In this document: one piece after another, positions 25,943 to 38,010 of the stretch
Layout: every line of letters begins with the position of its first letter
Position numbering within the stretch: the first letter of the stretch is position 1
From: Octopus bimaculoides
Lineage: Eukaryota
Length of the DNA: 48,744 nucleotides
Reading direction: 5' to 3'
Assembly (NCBI RefSeq): GCF_001194135.2
Contig: NC_068994.1
Span: forward strand, 38,968,242 to 39,016,985
Program-made: the position numbers and the translations under genes
Notes under the pieces: generated by a model
The model's input: only the letters and a program-made list of their open reading frames with translations
Databases searched by the model: none
What the model was told of the DNA's origin: nothing

Positions 25943-26154
25943 GTTTTCTACTATAGGTACAAGGCCTGAAATTTGGTGGGAGGGGACTACATCGACTCCA
26001 AAAGTACCAGTGTTTCACTGGTACTTAATTTATTGACCCTGAAAGGATGAAAGGCAAAGTCAACCTTAGTGGAACTTGAACTCAGAACATAAACATGGAC
26101 AAAATGCCACTGTGTGTTTTTTTTGGTGGGTTAACGATTCTACTAGCTTGCTGA

Positions 26155-26156
<2 letters not shown>
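25715..26156 (-). mobile_element. Two tandem SINE family B copies separated by (AAT)n
   Basis: aaggatg(g/a)aggcaaagtcaacct...gaactcagaac occurs at ~25783-25830 and ~26043-26090. Confidence 0.8.
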
Positions 26157-26231
<75 letters not shown>

Positions 26232-26233
<2 letters not shown>

Positions 26234-26495
26234 TCTAAACCAAGTTCAAGAAATATGTCAGAGAAATTGAAATTGACATGATAGCAGAGCAAGCCCCCCA
26301 AAAACTGCTCTTCAGGGGACAGCTAGGATTTTGAGATTGGTACTTGGATGTTGAATGTCTCCCACATTAATTAACAACCAAGCAGTAAGGCTTATAATGA
26401 GTGGAAAGAGACCTTGTGAGACCTCTGACAACCGGCTGCTGTCCACTCCCACAGAATCAACCAGAGCAGACAAGACTGAGCACACTGAGCAGTAA
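26232..26495 (+). mobile_element. 5'-truncated R4/Dong-like site-specific non-LTR retrotransposon, 3' end
   Basis: KFKKYVREIEIDMIAEQA, then a frameshift, then KTALQGTARILRLVLGC* (stop ~26352-26354). This matches the QKTALLGTARILRKVL C-terminus of restriction-like-endonuclease elements. It is flanked by (AAT)n and (AAC/AAT)n. Confidence 0.7.
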
Positions 26496-26534
26496 AACAA
26501 CAACAACAACAATAATAATAAAAATTACAATAAT

Positions 26535-26645
26535 GGTTTCAAATTTTGGCTCAAAGTCAGCAATTTCAGGGGATGAGCTAAGTCAATTACATCGACCCCA
26601 GTGTTCAACTATTACATATTTTATTGATCCTGAACGTTTCTGCCC
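26535..26645 (-). mobile_element. SINE family B, 3' fragment
   Basis: tttcaaattttggctcaaagtcagcaatttc...aagtcaattacatcgaccccagtg matches the 3' part of the 12124 copy. Confidence 0.7.
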
Positions 26646-26704
26646 AGTTATAAAAAAAACAATTTTACATTAATCTGATAGGTTACTCAGAATGCAAATT
26701 TAAT

Positions 26705-26819
26705 ATTCTTATATAAGAATGTTGTTGACAATGACTTCGAAGTTTTAGCCAGCTAACCCATTCTCAGACAGCCGGCTGAAACTTTGAAGTCACTGTCAAT
26801 AACATACTTGTATAAGAAT
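26705..26819. repeat. 115-bp inverted repeat (MITE-like hairpin)
   Basis: 50-bp arms (26705-26754 and 26770-26819) with 7 mismatches around a 15-nt loop. Confidence 0.8.
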
Positions 26820-26901
26820 GATACACACACACACACACACACATACACACACACGCATGCACACACACAAATTATATATACATATATATATATATATATA
26901 T

Positions 26902-27063
26902 ACAGAATGGATTCCATACAATTTCCATCACCAAATTAACTCACAATCCATTGAATAGTCCAGGGTAATAGTAGAAGACACTTGCCCAAGGTGCTATATA
27001 GTGGGACTGAACCCAAAAACCTGTGGCTGCAAGGCAGGCTTCGTAACTACATTGCCATGCCTG
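26902..27063 (-). mobile_element. SINE family A, 5' part
   Basis: Reverse complement of GGTTCAGTCCCACTATATAGCACCTTGGGCAAGTGTCTTCTACTAT. Confidence 0.85.
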
Positions 27064-27454
27064 CATTTATAATTGTGAGATGTTTTTATGAAAATATTTG
27101 ATAATCTTGGCATACAAGATGGCAAATACATTTCCCTAAAGAACAATGAAAAAGATGCACACTGGGTCACCTTTGCACCTTTCAAGGCTCATTCCTGCCA
27201 ATGTCAACCTCTTTTTTAATCAGATTGAGTAAGGAGGGCCCAAGGACATTAGGAGTTTGAAAAGAAACCTGTTGGTGAACAACCAAACAGCCAAAATTTA
27301 ACTCACTTCCCCAACTAGTCAGGAAATGAAAACTGAGTTTGATACCTGTTTCACCAGGTTGGTGCCAGGTGACCCAGGTATTGCCCCAGATGCTATCTTA
27401 AATTATAAAATTGCCTCCTTGGAATGAGAAGATTGTGATGCTGTTTGGTCTATT

Positions 27455-27500
<46 letters not shown>

Positions 27501-27739
27501 CCTCCATCTCCCTCTCCCTCCCTCATTCCCCTCCATCTCCATCCCTATCTCTCTCTCTCTCCCTCTCACCCCCCTCTCTCTCTGCTGTCCAATGCTGCCA
27601 GCTCAAATTGCAGTGAAGGCTCTAGTATATCTAAACCATACTTTATGATATCATTGAGGGTGGAGTCCAAAATTATCAGACAAAAAGAAAACACATGAAG
27701 CTACAATAATATAAGCCTAAATGTTCTTTTTTAGAGTGA

Positions 27740-28040
27740 ACAATAGAATTGTTGGTTCTTGAGCCACCTTCACTCAATACCGCAATTCATTCTCCTCTCC
27801 TTTTCTCATCCACATTATGTCTTCTCCCTCTAGGACCAGCAATAAACACTACACACAGTTCATCTCCCCTAGTAAATCATCCCTCAGGAATTCTTTCTTT
27901 GCTTATGGTTTTTCTTACAGCCATCAACTTTAAAGAGGAGTATCAAACCATGTTGATCTTACTTGTCGCAAAGGGGTCTTTGATGGCCTTGAGAATAGCT
28001 CCTTCCTCTAGATCAAACCATTAAAATAAATAAATAATCA
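27740..28040 (+). mobile_element. Possible 3' end of a decayed CR1/L2/Jockey-type LINE
   Basis: Weak similarity to LINE ORF2 C-termini (NSF..., LQPSTLKRSIK) followed by an (AAAT)-like tail. Confidence 0.25.
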
Positions 28041-29428
28041 AATAAAATTGTTTTTTCTTGCATCATTTAAGTGCAAGGCACAAAACTGTCTACTGCACTA
28101 TTCACCTCACTGAGGCTGTTTATCATTTTGTTTCATCTCATCTCTCTCTCTCAACTTACATTTTTTTAAAACACAATTAGGTGTTAAAACACATTGAAGC
28201 TACACACACAAACGCATATAGTCATGAACATATGCACATGTAGAAATACACACACACAAATACATACATACTCAACACATATACACATTATGAACCACTA
28301 ACAAGCATGCACATATACATACAAGCAGCAACTCATACTTGCTAACACACAAATATATACATATACATATAATCTCAACTTGCAAAAATTTACAAACACA
28401 CACACACACACAAGTATACACATGCAAACTCCAACACACAAATATAATTAGTTACTAATAAAATCATGGCCACTACATCAACAAACTCAATGGTTTACCA
28501 CTCAATAAACAAACTCCCTCGAGCTGTGAAGAAACATCATTTATAAAATGTTGCTCCCTTCCTCCTTTTCACTCTCTCTTTCACTTCCTCTCACTGTCTC
28601 TTTCTCTCTCAGAGATGCATACACACACGTGCACATACTTATGCATGCACATATTTTAATTAGGAAGAAAAAAATTGCAAGAAAATTTATTTTGGAGCTT
28701 CCATTAGTTGATGATAAAATGACCAAAGTATGAAATCCAGTCTTTTGTTTGTTTAATAGTAATGTTAGCATTTTGGCAGGGTAATACGATTTTCTAACTT
28801 AACCATGTTTATTCATTTATTTATCTATTTTAATACCAATTATCTATATTAAAAGTGATCACTTAATATTCAAACTAATGAAAGATCAAAAGAATTTTTA
28901 TTATGAAGCCTTGAATACAAATTTGAAAAATTTTATAATAATTATTAACAATTTTAGAAATGAAATAAAGTTTATTAAATAAATTTTTCAAATTGAAAAG
29001 ACAACATTGCATTGAATGTCTGTGCCATGTTGCTAATGTGGTAAACTCCAATGAAACTGAAAAATCTGTGACCTGGTTTCAATTCTTTGTAGACTCAACT
29101 TCAGTTATATCCTTAATGCCCTTGAGAAAAGCATGAATATTGCACAGTCACATTTCATTAAATGTTGTGCATAAGTAAGAAATCAATATTTGATAATTAT
29201 AATTAAAGAATTTTTTTCTGAATACTAATGAATACAATTTTTTAAATTTTATTATTGCTATTAACTATATTTCTTAATGTATTTTCTGACAAATATCATG
29301 GAAAATAAATTTATTGAGCTGAAAATAGAATTTGGAGTAAAATTAGCCTTAAGTAAAAATATACATGAAAAAGTAAAAAAATAAAAATACGTAATAATTA
29401 ATAAGTAGTTTTTAAAACTGTAATGAAA

Positions 29429-29437
29429 TCTTACCTG
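29429..29437 (-). other. 5' splice donor ending the large protocadherin exon (phase 0)
   Basis: Minus strand reads TATCAG|GTAAGA; 31813-29435+1 = 2379 nt = 793 codons. The sequence beyond is T-rich and translates as low-complexity F/I/Y. Confidence 0.8.
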
Positions 29438-31813
29438 ATATAATTCATCTGTGACATCGTGGAGTTGTAGTCCAACTGACGGAGACTTCCATTTATCAAT
29501 ATATCCAGAATGGTGTTGGCGTTTATGTAAAGTTGCTTGAGAAATGGTCTTTTTCCCATACTTTGTTTCCATAGTTACTGGCATATCATACTGAGGGTGT
29601 ATTTCTCTACTGACATAGTCAACATATTTGTCATTATAAAATCCATCGTTATGATGTATATTTCTACTGTTATTTTTCCTTACGATGCATATTGTCAGTG
29701 AAACTACTAGAGTAATAGAAAATATAACAGCTGCCACTAACAGGACTATCATCAAATTGATGTGAATTTTCTTAGCTGACATGGCATGGACTGGGGTTAA
29801 AACAGTGGTTGTTTTGTTGCTTGTTGTCAGTGTCAAAGATAAATTAGTCACAGTCGAGAGAATTGGTGATCCGCTGTCTTTAGCCATAAATTGCAAGTTA
29901 TAAAAGCCAGCATCACTTTGATAAATGGGACGAGTGAAAGACAATTCACCAGAATATGGATTGATTTTAAATAAATTTCTTTCATTCCCACCAATAATTT
30001 CATAACTAAGGAAAGCATTCATATGAATATCCCTGTCAGAAGCTTCAAGAACTATTATATCTTCCTTATTTTGTGAATGGTAGTGGACATCAAGACTAAA
30101 AGGATTTACGTTAGGGAATGTAAAATACGGGGGATTGTCATTTTTATCAACAACTTCCACAATAACATCTGCTGTGTTGTTAAGAGATGGTATTCCATTG
30201 TCTTTTACAAAAACCTTAAACTTATATTCACTGCACTTTTCTCGGTCCAGGGATTCAGTTGCTGAAATGAATCCAAGGTTTGAGATTTCAAATGGAAGAG
30301 CTTCTTTGCTCTTATTCAAAATTGAATAAGTCAGCTGACCTCCAGGTCCAAGGTCAGGATCAGTAACGATAATAAAGCCAACAGGAAAATTAGGGCTTTC
30401 ATTCTCATAGATTAGAAATTTGAATAAATCCTTAGAAAATTGTGGTTGAACATCATTGAAATCAGTGACTAGAACCGAGAATCTTTTTATAGTCTTTAGA
30501 GGAGGGGTACCTTTATCTTGACAGATCAATGTTAAGTTGATTTTGCTTTCTTTTTCTCGGTCAACAGGATTTTGAATGACCATTTTGTACTTCATATTTC
30601 CTAGACTGTGTAACTGGAATAGGTGATTATCAATAGTACAAGATACATTTCCATCTTCACCCTTATTTTCATCTGTGACTTTTATGTATGCAATAAAGCT
30701 ACCAACTGATATATCTTCAGGAATAGTAATTTCACCTCCCATTGGCTCAGAAAAAAAATTCACATCAATAGTTGGTGCACTGTTCTTCTGATTGATGACA
30801 TTTATTATAACAGCTACAGTGGAGCTCTTTGGAGGAGTACCACCATCTTCTGCTTTTACATACAAATTATAAACTTGTTTTCTTTTTAATGAAGCATCTT
30901 TATTCAGAAAAATTTCTGCTGTTCTTTTGTTCAAATTAAAATTAGATTTTGTTGATTCTGAAGTTTTAGAAGCGAAATAATAGCTTATTCTACCATTTTC
31001 ACCAACATCTCGATCATTTGCAGTAAGTGTAATGATTGGCATGCCTTGGTCATGGGAACTCATGATTGACACATTGTATACATTTTGTTCAAACACAGGC
31101 TGATTGTCATTTTCATCTTCAACAGTAATTTGAACATTTAAGGTATTTTGTCTTGGTGGTGTTCCAGCATCTTTAGCTATAATTTGAAGATTATATGTAG
31201 CTTTGATTTCTCTGTCTAGCATTTGGGTTGAAGTTATTTCCAACTCAGCAGAACCATCTACTTTCTGGGATACTGCCAATATAAATGGATCGTCTTTGGA
31301 CCGTAAAAGTTGGTATGAAATCTTTGAATTTTCAAAACCAACATCACGATCAAAGGCATTTGGAATAGATTTTGATGTTCCTTTTCCATCTGTTTCTGAA
31401 AATTGGAGTTTGATGGAGTCTTGCATGAATTCTGGAGAATTGTCATTGACATCACTGATTATTATTTTTATTTCAATAATACTTATAAAAGATTTTTTAT
31501 TCCGAACAGCTACATCAACCATACTATAACATTCTGTATTATATTTGCAAAGAGATTCAGCATCCAAGACCACTGCAGTATACAGCTTTCCTGTTTTTGT
31601 TACATTGAACAAATTTAAGTTTCCACTCTTTTGCAGCTGACTAAATGTTATATGGTTGTACTTTTGTAATATAACATTTTCTAACACATGAATGTCATCA
31701 GCAACATCTCCCACAATGGTGTTGGGTCTTTGACCCTCTTTAATGTGGTAGGTGATATCTGCACTGAATGATGTCTCGAGAAGAAACATTACGATGGACA
31801 CTTGTACCAGCAT
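29435..31813 (-). CDS. Protocadherin (signal peptide, 6 EC repeats, TM helix, proximal cytoplasmic tail), main coding exon, aa 1-793; C-terminus probably on downstream exon(s)
   Basis: ORF 29261..31813 carries cadherin motifs DVNDN, LDRE, DENDN, DRD/DPD and AxDxG (AKDAG, AEDGG, CQDKG, VKDNG, AKDSG). EC1 has DAESLC and CX5C (CKYNTEC). TM segment LMIVLLVAAVIFSITLVVSLTICIV at aa 687-711 (~29681-29755) is followed by RK. A canonical donor CAG|GTAAGA follows Q793. Family is clear; no specific orthologue can be assigned. Confidence 0.96.
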
Positions 31814-31903
31814 GTCATCAGAAGATATCCTTATTTGTGTTCTTTACAAAGAATTTGTAAAACATTTGGCTACATGTATATCTGTCACAATTACATGCTT
31901 AAT

Positions 31904-31935
31904 CTGAAATTATATGAAAAAAATGGCAGAAGATT
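31904..31935 (-). other. 3' splice acceptor 90 nt upstream of the protocadherin ATG (intron in the 5' UTR)
   Basis: Minus strand reads cttctgccatttttttcatataatttcag|attaag: a pyrimidine-rich tract ending in TTTCAG. Confidence 0.6.
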
Positions 31936-34865
31936 AATATTAGTAAATTACATTTGTAAATGATGAGTCGTATCTTAGTTATAACTCTAGCTGAAATAAG
32001 CCTCCCAGAATACATTTATTTCTCCATAAGTTCTTTATTATATCCAGTGTTTGAGATTTTGTCCCTAAATAGTAATATCACCACCCCACCCCCACCACCA
32101 CAACCACCACCATTACAACCACCACCGTTACAACCACCACCACCGCCACCACCACCACCACCACCACCACCACCATTATCACTACAAACTATGTGAACAA
32201 TGTATTCAATCTTTACTCTCCCTTATCACACACTAATTCCCACAATCTTGTTATTTTCCTTCATCTTATTTTACATGCATGTGCATGCAAATAATGTATG
32301 CCCATGCATGGGAAATTAATGTGTCCATGCATATAGTTATAAACATTTTGAGTGTTAAACTACGTAAGAAACTTCCTTTTCACATCCTTATTATGCCTTA
32401 AATTTTCATGAAAGAAAAGAAAATTAGAGAATAAGGTATGTTTTTGCATACATTGGGCCTCAATAAATTGTGTTAAGTATTCTTTGTTTCAATACTGAAA
32501 TTTGTGAATAGCAAGATTTATCAGGCAAAAACTATCACTAGATTAACATTTTGTTAAAATATTTCTTTTAAAATACACTATCTTTGTTTTAATTAATTTT
32601 GAAAATAATGAAAGATTTAGTAAAATAACCTTGTTATTATTAACCTAATGTGTAGAACAAAAATTAACATGAGATTTTAATGGAAGATTTTAAATTAGAT
32701 GACTTTAAAAAGAAGTTTGTATCATAGTAGCAGTAGTGGCAAAAGGGTTAAATAGCAATTTCTTTTTATGTTGTTGAATCATTGTTTCATTTATAAAAAT
32801 CCCAAGGGATTTTTAATTTCCAGCCTCTAATGTTAGCCTCTGTCATGGTTCTTCAGCCACAAAATGTTTTATTCCCTGTTTTGCTTGCTTAAACATATTT
32901 ATGTATGCTTACACGGTAATTTGTAGTCAAAAATAAATGAATTGAAGTCAATTGGATCCAAATAATAATGAAGCAGAACAAAGGAATGTTAGAATAAATC
33001 TATAATTAAGTTTGAGGAAACAATTGCATTTTAGAATTAAATAAACACGGAGAAGGTAAAATACTAATATAAGTATCATGTTACATATATGTATATACTG
33101 GATTCAATGCAGCTTGTATGATTGGAAATGAAATAGGAAGTCAGAAGCTAATTTTCATGTAAAATGTGTAACTGAGCAAACATTCTAAATGTTAACAAAA
33201 ATAAGAATTATCGGTTATTTTCTTTTTTCAAAGAAAGCAAAGGAAAAGAAAGGGTATATGAGAAGTATGTCAAGAAATATCACAAAATTGCTATAACTAA
33301 TTAGGATTGATTCTATTTTCTGTATAGCTGAAATTTACACTTTACTTGTCAGATCTCAAGAGCAACTTCAAAATAAAAGCTATAATTCTGAGTGGCAGGT
33401 TTCAATTAATCCAAGAATGTTAAGTGTGACATTTCAACCAAGTTAATGAAAGATTAGTCAACATTTTCTCAAACTTAAATTTTATTTTTAACACCATACT
33501 ATTTAATTTTATCTTTTTTTATGTTACAAATTAAAATTCAAAACTTTCCATGAAAACAATTTTTTTTCCACTTTCTCTTTTCTGAATTCACAATTTTCTT
33601 CTAATCATTGTGTAAATCAGATTCTATTTTCTTCCCAAGTCAATTTCCAATATATCCTATCTGATTATCATTCCAATAATGAGAAAGCCCAACAGCAGGT
33701 GTTCAAGAGTGTCATAGGCATTGCAGAGTCACGTGGTATAATCTGAATCATGGCGTTATTAATTAGAATGGTTTTCACAAGAAGTCGCCTTAATTATGTA
33801 CAACACTGATGTTGTAGTAGTGTAGCAGTATCATTTATGTGACTGGACTAGAATGCATCTAGTTACGGTAGAATTCCTTCTAAACATCAATCAGCTTAAT
33901 TGATTGAGATGGAGTTCTACTCTAAACTACTTTCTTCTCTTCCTTCTTCTCTGATTCCAAGCTGCACGAAGCATATATCCACTTAAATATTGCAAACAAA
34001 TTCAAATATACACTCAAGGGTATGAAAATATATCACACTTTGTCCCCAGCCTCAGGTTAAGTAGAAGATTGGGTTCATTTACTTTGCATTAAGCTGCAGA
34101 CTGCCAGTTACACATTTGCAACATACTACACTGACTTAATCTCATTAACAGAATAGAGAACAACTTGTTATTTCACTTCAGGGATATTTCAAATTGAAAT
34201 CAATAGCTTTTATTTAACTTTGTTTACTGTATATTTCAAACATTTATGAAAGGACACATTTCTAAATGATTATTTTATTAAATAATTAGGTGATACATAT
34301 GCAACACACATATACATGTCCAACTAATAAACATATATGTGTACATATATGCATATATGTGCATATACATATATATATACATACATATATATGTATACAT
34401 ATGTATGTATATATATATATAGATATATACATACATATATGTGTACATGTGTGCGAGTGTGTGCGTGCATATGTGTGTGTTTATGAATACATGCATACAT
34501 ACACACAGAGAAAGAGAAAGTGAGAAAGTGAAAGCTGACCGAGAAAGTTAAAAGACTCTTAAAAATCTATTTACACTTAGACATCTTTAAAATCAAGTGC
34601 TTATCTAGTCGGATTAGAGAAACAGCTGAAGCTTGAACAAGTGTGGATGATAGCGAAATGAGTATTTGGACCGTTAAATGCTTTTAGTGATAAAAAAAAA
34701 GAAAAGAAACCATAAATCCACAGTAGGAATTGCTTGGTGTTGTTATCAGATAATTTGTTGACTGTGATGTCTGTTTGGTTCCACTGGAGATTTTGTTTTT
34801 TATTCCCTTGGTGTGTGTTGTCTATCTTAAGCTTACAACTGTCTATGGGAGAGCTTATCAGGGCC

Positions 34866-35120
34866 ATCATCATCATCATCATCATCATCATTATTTTACG
34901 TTCACTTTCCATGCTGGCATGGGTTAGATGGTTTGAATGGAACTGGTAAGCTGGAGGGCTGCACGAGGTTCCAGTCTGATTTGGTATGGTTTCCGCAACA
35001 GGATGCCTTTCCTAATACCAACCACTCCAAGAGTGTAATGGCTGCTTTTTTATGTGTCACTGGCACAGATGCCATTTACATGACACTGGCAACAGCCATG
35101 AGTACGATTTCACAGGTGAC
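34866..35120 (-). mobile_element. Family C fragment
   Basis: catcatcat...ttccatgctggcatgggttagatgg...ttccagtctgatttgg...ggatgcctttcctaataccaacc. Confidence 0.8.
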
Positions 35121-35159
35121 ATTTACATCATACTGGCAACGGCCATGACTTAAATCTGA

Positions 35160-35343
35160 AAGGAATGCTAGTTTGTTGTAAGGGTAACTCCGGATAGCAC
35201 TGGTACCCACTCTCAGCTGAGTTTACTGGAGCAAAGTGAACTGAAATGCTTTGTTTAAGGATACAATGCTCCTCCTGGTTTGAGAATTGAATCTGGGGTC
35301 TAATGATTGTGAAGACTAATACCTTAACCACTAGGCCATACAC
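35160..35343 (-). mobile_element. tRNA-derived SINE (further family)
   Basis: Minus-strand head TATGGCCTAGTGGTTAAGGTATTAGTCTTCACAATC...GATTCAATTCTC, followed by TCCTTAAACAAAGCATTTC. Confidence 0.7.
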
Positions 35344-35802
35344 CCTTTCAGGTGTGTATGTTAGAGCAGAAAAAATGGTAGAGTGAATGAAAACTTTTCT
35401 TGTAGTATTTAGTTATGTTCTTTGCTTGGATGCAGAAAGTTACCAATGGACAACTCTGTGGGAATTTCTCTCAGTTAACAAATGATATTGAAGGAAAGGA
35501 GCTGTAGGTTGTCAGGTTGTACTCTGTGTGAGACATCCAGTGCGGCCAGCTGCTAGCTGACAAGCTGTCATTATCTGTGGCCCCAACCCAATGCATTGAA
35601 GGGTGACCCATGGATGTTCATTCAAAGCTATAGTTAAAACCCCATCATGGAAGATACTAGTATTATAACTGATGATCAATTTAGGGTACTGATAACAACG
35701 GAATGAGATGTGTAGCATTATCATGCACGGCAGAAATTACAAGTTGATGATAATGAGGATGGCGGTGGTGATGGTGGTACTGGTGGTGGCGGCGGCAGCA
35801 GT

Positions 35803-36005
35803 GGTTATGAATGGAACAACTGTAAGATATTTGCTTGATCAGGGCTGAGCTAGGTGGAGAGTATATACAACAGAATTAAACTCAGCAAGTTTTATGCCTT
35901 AAAAAAGTCGATTGTAATCTTTGTAAAATTTCAGTGTTTTATTGTCATTAATTGAGCAGTGTAATTGAAGTTCTACTCATATGTAAGTTAAAAATTAAAA
36001 TTTAT
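35803..36005 (+). repeat. Copy 1 of a ~200-bp local direct repeat
   Basis: Aligns end to end with 38570-38765, with a few substitutions and three small indels. Confidence 0.9.
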
Positions 36006-36249
36006 GTTTTAGTGGTGGTGGTGGTGGCAGCGGCGGCAGTGGTGATGATGATGATGATGATGATCTTTTTTTCATGTTGTGTTCGAATCTGGCCGTAAGC
36101 AACTTTGAATTTCATCCTTTCAAGATCCTTACACATGCATTGTAGAATCTTTTGCATACATCCCTCCTAAATATTTGTCTTTGTACCAGTCTTTGAAGAA
36201 ATCCTTATTCATTACATAAATTAGGAATGGTCATGCCAACTTTTCATAT

Positions 36250-37040
36250 TGGACAATACTGCACATTCTAAAGACAAGCCTAGTTGATTAAATATGACCC
36301 CAATACCTGACTGGTATTACTAGAATGAGGGAATGCAAAAATAAACCCTTAAAGGGTGTAGGACAGAGTTAGCCACATTGGGATTTGAACTCAGTTCTTG
36401 TAAAGCATTTGTCTGACTCTCTAAAGATTCAGCTAATCCACTGGCTTACGTTTCTAATTTAAGCATAAGGCCTGTAGTTTTTGAAGGGAGGTGATTGTGA
36501 TTAACTAATACCATTGACACCAGTACTTGACTAGTATTTTATTTATCAAACCCATGGCTGAGTTTGAACTCAAAATTCCAAGAGTTGGAATATATATGAC
36601 AAGGTATTTTGTTGGACACTTTAATGCTGTGAATAATAATTTTTAATATAAGCTCACAATTTCAGTGTTTACTGGTATATATTTCAATGACTGCAGAAGG
36701 ATAAAAAGCAAAGCTAGTCTTAGTCTTCTGTTATAATTTCATTCACATCTACAATAATTTTAAGGAAGGTTAAATTGACTCCAGTACTTGTGGTCTGGTA
36801 TTTCATTTTATCAATCCCAAGAGGAAAGAAATGCACATTGGTAGGACTTGAAATGTCATTGGCAGGACCTGAACTCAGAATCTAAACAGACAAAACAAAT
36901 ACTGCCAAGTATTTTGTCCAATGGTCAAATGAATCTACCAATCCATCACCTTGTTAATAGTTGTGATAACGGTAATAATAATGATTTTTAACATTGGCAT
37001 AAGATCAAAAGTGTTGAGGACAGACAGTCAATTACAACAA
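36250..37040 (-). mobile_element. Stack of about five SINE family B fragments in the same orientation
   Basis: Repeated ccagtacttga/actggta...tttgaactcag blocks at ~36290, 36520, 36670, 36780 and 36990. Confidence 0.65.
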
Positions 37041-37810
37041 CAAAAACAATTACAACAACAATAAACACAAAATTAGATAAATAAAACATTAAAATATATA
37101 CCATAAAAAGTTTTTTTTTGTTTTTTTAATATTTGTTTTCCTTTCCAAGAAAACTTTGTAGTTGGTTTCTACCCCTGAGTTTGTCATGACTAAGCAAAGC
37201 TGTGACCTAACCTACTCTGATGGTGATTATCTCATCATTTCAAGGGTATTCAGGACTAAATTATCTAATGTGTCCTCCAGCTTTTTAAAATAGTAAGGTG
37301 TGATGAGACAATTTACCTGCTATTTCTAGCAGACCAACAGATCATATTGTGGCTTCCTTGTTGGATGAATTACTGCAGAGAGAGAGGCTGTATTGTTATG
37401 TCTACAATACTTGATCACAATGTCTTTAATAATTAACAATGGTATAACAATCTGTCTACAGTGTGGTGTATTATTCATCATAAACCATAAAAGATTATAT
37501 AAATATAGCTATAACTACAAACCCAGTATTGTGTACAACAAAGTAGGTATTGGGATACTCTGCCAAGAAATAAAAATGGAGACAAGGACAAAAATAAAAT
37601 TACAATAAATTGGATAAAAAAATACATAAAAAATTATCAGTCTATTTTTCTGGTTTTTATTCACTGTCATCATGATCATGATCATCATTATCATCACCAT
37701 CATCACCATCACCAGCACCACCAAAAACCACCACTGCCGCTACCATCACTATCACCAGAAGCAGCAGCAGTAGCACCACCACCACCATCACCACCACCAT
37801 CACCACCACC

Positions 37811-38010
37811 ATCATCATCATCATTCAACTTTTGTTTTCCATACTGGTGGATTGGACAGTTTGATAGAATCTGGCAAGCTGCAGAGCTGCAATGAGTCCC
37901 AAAGTCAGCTTTAGCATAATTTTTATGAATGGATACCCCTCCTTATGCCAACCACTTTACAGTGTGTTCTTGTTGCTTTTCTCATTCCACTGGCACTAAT
38001 GAGGGTGCCA
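37811..38010 (-). mobile_element. Family C fragment, diverged
   Basis: catcatcattcaac...ttccatactgg...ggatacccctccttatgccaaccacttt. Confidence 0.6.

Noticed and set aside
29261-29434. Hydrophobic 57-aa C-terminal tail as a second TM segment of the protocadherin
   Set aside because: It begins exactly at a canonical GTAAGA donor and is T-rich intron-like sequence.
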